From positions 278,075 to 310,074 of the forward strand of contig CAYHAA010000001.1 of the NCBI GenBank assembly GCA_964354495.1: a DNA stretch of 32,000 bases. The letters run 5' to 3'. The translations under genes and the position numbers were made by a program. The stretch comes from an uncultured archaeon (GTDB lineage: Archaea > Asgardarchaeota > Thorarchaeia > Thorarchaeales > Thorarchaeaceae). Positions within the stretch are counted from its first letter, which is position 1. Each line of letters starts with the position of its first letter. The notes under the pieces were generated by a model, which saw only the letters and a list, made by a program, of their open reading frames with translations, had not been told where the DNA came from and made no database searches. Positions 26,482 to 32,000 of the stretch are shown here, in pieces.

Positions 26482-27917
26482 TTAGCACCGTGCTCGATTC
26501 AAAGACGATAAAGAATCTCTACAAACGCATGGTTTCCATAGTTGGGCCAGAGAACGTACATCAACAGGAGACCGACAGAGTGCTCAATGCTCATGATGCA
26601 TGGCCCCTCAGCGAGGCCAAGTTGCGAGCTGGAGAGATGCTTCCTCTCGCAGATCTCTTGGTCTTCCCCTCATGTCGAGAAGAGGTAGCGGCCGTACTTG
26701 TGGCTGCGAACGAGCTGGAAATCCCTGTCACGCCTGTTGGGGGCGGTGCTGGGACATGCGGTGGGACATTGCCCATCTATGGAGGAATACAGCTTGATCT
26801 AAAGCGGATGTGCAAGATTTGCGAGATTGACGACCAATCGATGACTATCAGAGCTCAGGCTGGAGTAGTAGGAATCGATCTAGAGGAATACGCAAATCGA
26901 CACGGCTATACTCTGGGTCACACACCTACCTCCCTGAGAGCATCGAATCTTGGCGGATTCATTTCAACCCGCTCCGGGGGTTCTATGTCCTCTCTCTATG
27001 GGAAAATCGAGGACCTGACCTTGGGTCTCGAGGTCATACTACCGGATGGGTCAATCTCAAAATGCAAGGCTGTCCCAAGGCAGTCTGTGGGTCCCGATCT
27101 CCGCCAGCTCTTCATAGGTTCAGAGGGAACCCTAGGAGTGATCACGGAGGCAACATTGCGGCTGTTCCCACTTCCTGAGGAACGTCGTTTCAGGAGTTTC
27201 ACTTTTCCTGATGTTCACAGTGGTCTAGAAGCAATTCGCAACATCTTCAGAATTGGAATTACTCCATCCATTGCCAGGCTGTATGATCCCGAAGACGCCG
27301 CTATGAGCTTCTCAACGCATTTTGAATTCGAAGAAGGGCATTGCATGTTGCTCCTCGGGTTCGATGGCGACAAAGCCCGCGTTGATCTTGATGAAAGGAA
27401 GTCCGTTGATATCTGTGTCAGACACGGTGGAACTGACTTAGGTGAAGGTCCTTCCAAGAGATGGTGGGAGCATAGGTATGACATGTACTATCCAACCCGT
27501 CTAACGACATCGGGTTATGCCATTGGTGACACCATTGACATAGTGGCAACCTATGACAAGCTCGAGAAGGTCTACCAGTCGATGAAGGCAGCAATGGAGG
27601 CAGATGACGCAATAGTCATGTCCCACTTCTCCCACATGTACCAGAACGGTGGTAGCATCTACATGATCTTCTTCACCTCCCAGCCAAGTGCCGAGACCGC
27701 CTGGACGACATACAGGAAGATCTGGGATGATGGTGTTGCAGCTTGTCTTAGAGAGGGTGGAACGATGAGTCACCAGCACGGCGTCGGTCTCACTCGAAGT
27801 ACTTACACGGAAGATGAGTTGGGGTCCTCATTCATTATACTGAAGAAAATCAAGGATGTTCTCGATCCTAAGGGAATAATGAATCCCGGTAAGCTTGGAC
27901 TGGGGGTGCGAAAATGA
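26478..27917 (+). CDS. FAD-binding oxidoreductase of the VAO/PCMH family, alkyldihydroxyacetonephosphate synthase (AGPS)-like
   Basis: LGHTPTS...GGFISTRSGG...YGKIEDL, GPDLRQLFIGSEGTLGVIT, SHFSHMY...SIYMIF, SHQHGVG, DPKGIMNPGKL. Confidence 0.85.
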   Translation: MISTVLDSKTIKNLYKRMVSIVGPENVHQQETDRVLNAHDAWPLSEAKLRAGEMLPLADLLVFPSCREEVAAVLVAANELEIPVTPVGGGAGTCGGTLPIYGGIQLDLKRMCKICEIDDQSMTIRAQAGVVGIDLEEYANRHGYTLGHTPTSLRASNLGGFISTRSGGSMSSLYGKIEDLTLGLEVILPDGSISKCKAVPRQSVGPDLRQLFIGSEGTLGVITEATLRLFPLPEERRFRSFTFPDVHSGLEAIRNIFRIGITPSIARLYDPEDAAMSFSTHFEFEEGHCMLLLGFDGDKARVDLDERKSVDICVRHGGTDLGEGPSKRWWEHRYDMYYPTRLTTSGYAIGDTIDIVATYDKLEKVYQSMKAAMEADDAIVMSHFSHMYQNGGSIYMIFFTSQPSAETAWTTYRKIWDDGVAACLREGGTMSHQHGVGLTRSTYTEDELGSSFIILKKIKDVLDPKGIMNPGKLGLGVRK

Positions 27918-29050
27918 CATTTGATGAAAGTCTCGCAGAGAAGATTAGGCTCTGTGCGGCATGCCCCAAGATGTGCCGCCATGTTTGCCCGACTTTCTTC
28001 GCTTGGCGTTCAGACTCCCCGACACCGCACGGCAGGGCCCTTTTGATACACCAAGAACTAATCGGCACTCGTAAGATAGATGATCGTGGCATTGAAGTTC
28101 TCTATCAGTGTCTCGAGTGCAGTCACTGCCTAACATGGTGTAAACCTGAGGTTGATATCGCATCTATTGTTGAGCAGAAGCGCAAGGTGCTGGTGGCTGA
28201 AGGTCGACGCCCCAAAGGTCTGACCGAGGTGGCTCATGCCATTAGGAAATACCATAATCCGTTCTCTGAGCCCCATGAGTCACGTAACAACTGGCTCTCC
28301 GTCAACAGCAAGAAGAAGGGGAAAACAATATTCTACTTCGTCGGTTGTACATCATCATATAGAGAGAAGGAGATCGCAGCTGACACTGTAGACCTTTTGG
28401 AATCTCTGGGTTACAGAGTTCTCGTCGCAGGTGGCTTGCAGGGTGAGTGGTGCTGCGGGTCTCCGCTCTTCCGAACTGGTGATGTTGAGCTTGGTATGGA
28501 ACTTGCACAACACAATACTGAGATGCTCAATAAGATGGATGCACAAGAGATAATCGTGACATGTCCCGGCTGTTTCCGAGCTCTATCAAAAGACTACCCT
28601 GCCCAGGGACTAGTGATCAACAAACCTGTTAGGCATATCAGCCAGCTACTAGACGAGATGAAAGAGAGTCTTCCAGTCTTTGATTTTGAGGGGACAATCA
28701 CCTATCATGACCCATGCCATCTTGGGAGACACTCGAAGATCTACGACGAACCAAGGAATGTCATCAATCGAGTTTCGGGCTCCAAGCTGGTCGAGATGGA
28801 ACGAACCCGTGAGAATGCCATGTGTTGTGGCAACGGTGCTGGACTAAGAACTCTCTTTCCAGAACATGCCAAGAAAATCGGCTCCGAACGGGTTCGCCAA
28901 GCGCAGTCTACTGGTGCAACTATCTTAGTCACATCTTGCCCGTTCTGCAAGAACATGCTTGGCTCGCAGACTGGAAATGGTCTGACAGTATTGGATCTAC
29001 CTGAGATTGTCCTGATGGCCAAGAGAGGCCGCAAACTTAAGACACATTAG
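27914..29050 (+). CDS. Fe-S oxidoreductase (GlpC/GlcF/HdrD-like, CCG domains)
   Basis: CAACPKMCRHVC, CLECSHCLTWC, CCGSP, CPGC, HDPCHLGR, CCGNG, CPFC. ATGA overlap with the upstream gene. Confidence 0.9.
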   Translation: MTFDESLAEKIRLCAACPKMCRHVCPTFFAWRSDSPTPHGRALLIHQELIGTRKIDDRGIEVLYQCLECSHCLTWCKPEVDIASIVEQKRKVLVAEGRRPKGLTEVAHAIRKYHNPFSEPHESRNNWLSVNSKKKGKTIFYFVGCTSSYREKEIAADTVDLLESLGYRVLVAGGLQGEWCCGSPLFRTGDVELGMELAQHNTEMLNKMDAQEIIVTCPGCFRALSKDYPAQGLVINKPVRHISQLLDEMKESLPVFDFEGTITYHDPCHLGRHSKIYDEPRNVINRVSGSKLVEMERTRENAMCCGNGAGLRTLFPEHAKKIGSERVRQAQSTGATILVTSCPFCKNMLGSQTGNGLTVLDLPEIVLMAKRGRKLKTH

Positions 29051-29079
29051 GATTTACCTGTCAGTGAGCCGGAACGACC

Positions 29080-30198
29080 ATGGATACCGAGGAAATACTT
29101 CAGCTAAAGGTCCGATTACTCACCGAGGGAGCCAGACTTCCAGAGGGTGAGTGGAAGGGACGACGAGGCGGCGCAGGTCCCGTCGGAAGTCGGTATTTTC
29201 TCCTTCCAAATGGTCGCACCTGTGGTATCCCAATCAGAACAGGTAGGCAGGCCAATCTCTTCGGGTCAGCTAGTCTTGAGCCCACTGACGACCCGAGGGT
29301 GTGGCTGTACGATGATTCAATTCCATTGATTGTAGTCCCTCGGCCGAAGTTCTATGATTTGAGGACCAGTGAAGGAATAGCCTACAGTAGTATTGCCCTT
29401 CTTCATGGAGAACGGACACTTGCGACAACAGTCTACCAGTCCTGTAAGTACTGGTCAAATGGTTCCCAATGCAAGTTTTGTACAATACCTTTCTCGTATC
29501 TCTCTGGTGACACAGTGCTGGAGAAGGCTCCTGAGGATATTGTGGAGGTAATCATTGCGGCGCAGAAGGAAGAGCTGATTGATGACGTACTCCTCACGAC
29601 AGGAACTCCTGATGCTCCTGACATGGGCTGTAAGAGGTTGATAGATACAGTCACGGCCATACGGCAAGCAAGTGACATCCCAATTGCTGTTCAGTTTGAA
29701 CCTCCTGTTAGGCACGCCATGATTCGGGAAGTAGCCAAAGCAGGAGCAGTTGCTGTGGGAATACATATTGAGAGTGCAGATGACTCAGTCCGTCAGGAGA
29801 TGTGTCCTGGCAAACATCAGTTCGGTTCTCTCGATTTCTATAAGAAGAGCTGGCGATACGCTCTGAAGTACTTTGAACGGGGTCATGTCAGTACATTTGT
29901 TCTGCACGGTCTTGGTGAAGATGTCCAAGAGACCTTGAAACTTGTCGAGGAGATCTCCCGACTTGGTGTGATGTCTGTGGTTGCTCCTGTGCGACCGTCG
30001 CGAGGGAGCAAATTGGCTGACTACATCCCTCCATATGTTGGAGACCTTGCTGGCTCGGTTGACTTCTACAAGAACACCGGCAGGATTCTCTATACTCATA
30101 GTCTGAATCCAAAACAGACTGCCGCTGGGTGCCACAAGTGCGGCGGATGTACGCCTATCCAAGAAGCATATGACTGGGCAGCAGCGCAGAAGTTATAG
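29080..30198 (+). CDS. Radical SAM protein, MSMEG_0568/NitD-like
   Basis: LATTVYQSCKYWSNGSQCKFC (CX8CX2C) and C-terminal AGCHKCGGC; family resemblance recalled, not searched. Confidence 0.8.
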   Translation: MDTEEILQLKVRLLTEGARLPEGEWKGRRGGAGPVGSRYFLLPNGRTCGIPIRTGRQANLFGSASLEPTDDPRVWLYDDSIPLIVVPRPKFYDLRTSEGIAYSSIALLHGERTLATTVYQSCKYWSNGSQCKFCTIPFSYLSGDTVLEKAPEDIVEVIIAAQKEELIDDVLLTTGTPDAPDMGCKRLIDTVTAIRQASDIPIAVQFEPPVRHAMIREVAKAGAVAVGIHIESADDSVRQEMCPGKHQFGSLDFYKKSWRYALKYFERGHVSTFVLHGLGEDVQETLKLVEEISRLGVMSVVAPVRPSRGSKLADYIPPYVGDLAGSVDFYKNTGRILYTHSLNPKQTAAGCHKCGGCTPIQEAYDWAAAQKL

Positions 30199-30200
30199 CG

Positions 30201-30719
30201 GTGAACAACTCTCTAGGATTGATGAACACATCTGACTTGCCTGCTGAGGAAATCCGTGTGGTTGAGTTCGCAGAGGCGGACGCAGAAGAAATCTCAGAAT
30301 TGTTCAGACAAGTATGGCCACTTGCTCTAGAGTATCCTAAGCACTGGCGAAAGAAACGTATGTACGCGCCGGCGAGGATTATTCGAGAGATGAGATCAGG
30401 CTATCATTACTTTGGTAGTAGACTTGAGGGAAAGATCGTGGGAGTCTACAAGGCCATCATTACTGAGAAGGGACTATATGGAGCGCATCAGACTGTACGT
30501 CTGGAGTGTAGGACTTCCGGTTTAGCTTCTGCAATGTATATTCAATTTGCAGAGTACGCCAGAGAACACGGATGCCAAATGAATTACTGCAACATCCTCG
30601 TTGGTCAGGAAGTCGGAGAACGTCTAATGAGGAAATTCGGATTTACACCTTGGGGCAAGCCCTATGAACAGGCTAAGGGCATGTTGGTACAGATGTACGA
30701 ACGTCTTCTGGTTCCTTGA
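30201..30719 (+). CDS. GNAT family N-acetyltransferase
   Basis: Motif A-like TVRLECRTSGLASAMY and LMRKFGF. Confidence 0.8.
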   Translation: MNNSLGLMNTSDLPAEEIRVVEFAEADAEEISELFRQVWPLALEYPKHWRKKRMYAPARIIREMRSGYHYFGSRLEGKIVGVYKAIITEKGLYGAHQTVRLECRTSGLASAMYIQFAEYAREHGCQMNYCNILVGQEVGERLMRKFGFTPWGKPYEQAKGMLVQMYERLLVP

Positions 30720-30792
30720 TTTTCTTCAGTTCCGAAAGACCTTTAGATAGCTCAGGAACCCACACTATGTCAAACTACCTCGAGGAATCAAT

Positions 30793-32000
30793 ATGGAAGT
30801 CTTCCCGATTCTCGTAGATGGCGAAGAAGTGGACACAGGAAAATACACGGTCTTTCCAGACATGGAGAAGGTGACTCAGGATCCGGGTCTTGGCATTGCC
30901 CTGCAACTACAGAACGCCTCATCACTCTCACGCTTCGTCTTCTCTAAGATTCCCGGAATGATATCCAGTAGTACTCCTGAGATGAGATTCCTCAGAGACT
31001 ATCGAAAATACCACGGTGTTCCAAAGTACTCTAAAGATGAGCTCGACGACGTAGTCTATACAAAGGTTTCACTGTCTCGTGAACAGGATATCGAGAGAGC
31101 GATAACTGCGGGCACACGAGATCATATGAAACTGTACAACCCCTTCAGAATCCCTGGCATGGGCGTGACTTTGGACGAGAGGGCGGACGCGCTGCACAAC
31201 GCAAGTCTAGAGATCAAGAAGAATTGGGATGTTATTCGGGAGATATCCATCAAGGAAGGAATGCCTGTTGGTACCCTGAAATGGGCTTGGAACCTTGGGG
31301 CGTGGAGTGACTACCGAAAATCCGTGGATGAGTGGGGAAAACTTCTTGATGTGATTGAAGAACCAGGGCTTGATGGAGGAAGGTCATATCGCTTTCGCGA
31401 GCCGTACGGCGTGTCTGCATTGTTCACGCCATATAATGCTCCTATCGCTTTGGGTATCTTCAGTATCACCTCGTCCGTTCTCGCAGGCAATTCGACGATT
31501 CTGAAACCGCCGAACAAGGTCCCTCTGAGTACGATTATCTTTGCTCGCATTTTCATGAAGAGTTTCCTTGAGAGCGGAATGCCATCATCAATACTGCAAG
31601 TCCTTACTGGCGGAGGAAAAGAGCTGATGGAGCGATTCGTTTCCGACCCCAGAGTCGGGGCACTCGTCTGGTACGGTGACAGTGATGTTGGTTTGAAGCT
31701 GTGGTCCAATGCAGTTGGAAGACGGACTCAGATGGCTCCTGAGTTAGCAGGCAGCGATCCATGTCTTGTCTGGGGAAAAGATGTAGATCTTCGAAAGGCT
31801 GCTGAGGTCATTACAAAGGGGCGATTCCTCGGTAGTGGACAGGCATGTATGGCTATCAAACGCTTGATTGTGCAAGACTCATTGTATAGCGAGCTGGTAT
31901 CGCTACTAGTCGAAGAAGCCAAGAAGCTCAAGGTTGGTCTTCCATCCGATCCAACGGTATCACTGTCTCCCGTTGGCATCACAGCGCTTTACCTCCTTAT
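30793..32000 (+). CDS. Aldehyde dehydrogenase family protein (3' truncated by the window end)
   Basis: Not in the ORF track. Open from ATG 30793 (GAGGA RBS) to the end. REPYGV...TPYNAP, LAGNSTILKP, PELAGSDP (catalytic Glu), SGQACMA (catalytic Cys). Confidence 0.93.
   Translation, partial: MEVFPILVDGEEVDTGKYTVFPDMEKVTQDPGLGIALQLQNASSLSRFVFSKIPGMISSSTPEMRFLRDYRKYHGVPKYSKDELDDVVYTKVSLSREQDIERAITAGTRDHMKLYNPFRIPGMGVTLDERADALHNASLEIKKNWDVIREISIKEGMPVGTLKWAWNLGAWSDYRKSVDEWGKLLDVIEEPGLDGGRSYRFREPYGVSALFTPYNAPIALGIFSITSSVLAGNSTILKPPNKVPLSTIIFARIFMKSFLESGMPSSILQVLTGGGKELMERFVSDPRVGALVWYGDSDVGLKLWSNAVGRRTQMAPELAGSDPCLVWGKDVDLRKAAEVITKGRFLGSGQACMAIKRLIVQDSLYSELVSLLVEEAKKLKVGLPSDPTVSLSPVGITALYLL

Noticed and set aside
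1-32000. CRISPR arrays, tRNA/rRNA, transposases or integrases
   Set aside because: No regularly spaced direct repeats, cloverleaf or rRNA signatures, or mobile-element ORFs were seen by eye.

Overview
Gene-dense archaeal window, most consistent with an Asgard archaeon such as Thorarchaeia. That assignment is inferred from a Rab-like GTPase-fold gene, an archaeal ADP-forming acyl-CoA synthetase, a thiolase/DUF35 pair and an RHH regulator. Left part (1-8.4 kb): a degenerate Rab-like pseudo-GTPase, a long acidic Pro-rich disordered protein, a MoeB/E1-like enzyme divergent from a DUF362 gene, a class I aminotransferase, a YkgJ protein followed by a tiny ORF resembling its C-terminus, two tandem paralogues with an unrecognised GCPCYK Cys-rich domain, and a CdrS-like RHH gene. 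Middle (8.5-20.1 kb): an ADP-forming acetate/acyl-CoA ligase plus BioD/DRTGG partner, a ~350-nt highly structured non-coding stretch, and a beta-oxidation-type cluster (nitroreductase, double-RHH-like protein, SCP2, 3-hydroxyacyl-CoA dehydrogenase, two enoyl-CoA hydratases, thiolase, DUF35) with hairpin/U-tract terminators. Right (20.2-32 kb): FGGY kinase, glpABC, an alkyl-DHAP-synthase (AGPS)-like flavoprotein, a second CCG Fe-S protein, an MSMEG_0568-type radical SAM, a GNAT and a truncated aldehyde dehydrogenase. The best system-level hypothesis is an anaerobic alkylglycerol/ether-lipid catabolic pathway feeding beta-oxidation. The best unexplained sequence signal is the structured RNA candidate at ~11.75-12.09 kb. 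No CRISPR array, rRNA, tRNA or transposase was seen. All assignments are from motif recognition by eye; no searches were run.
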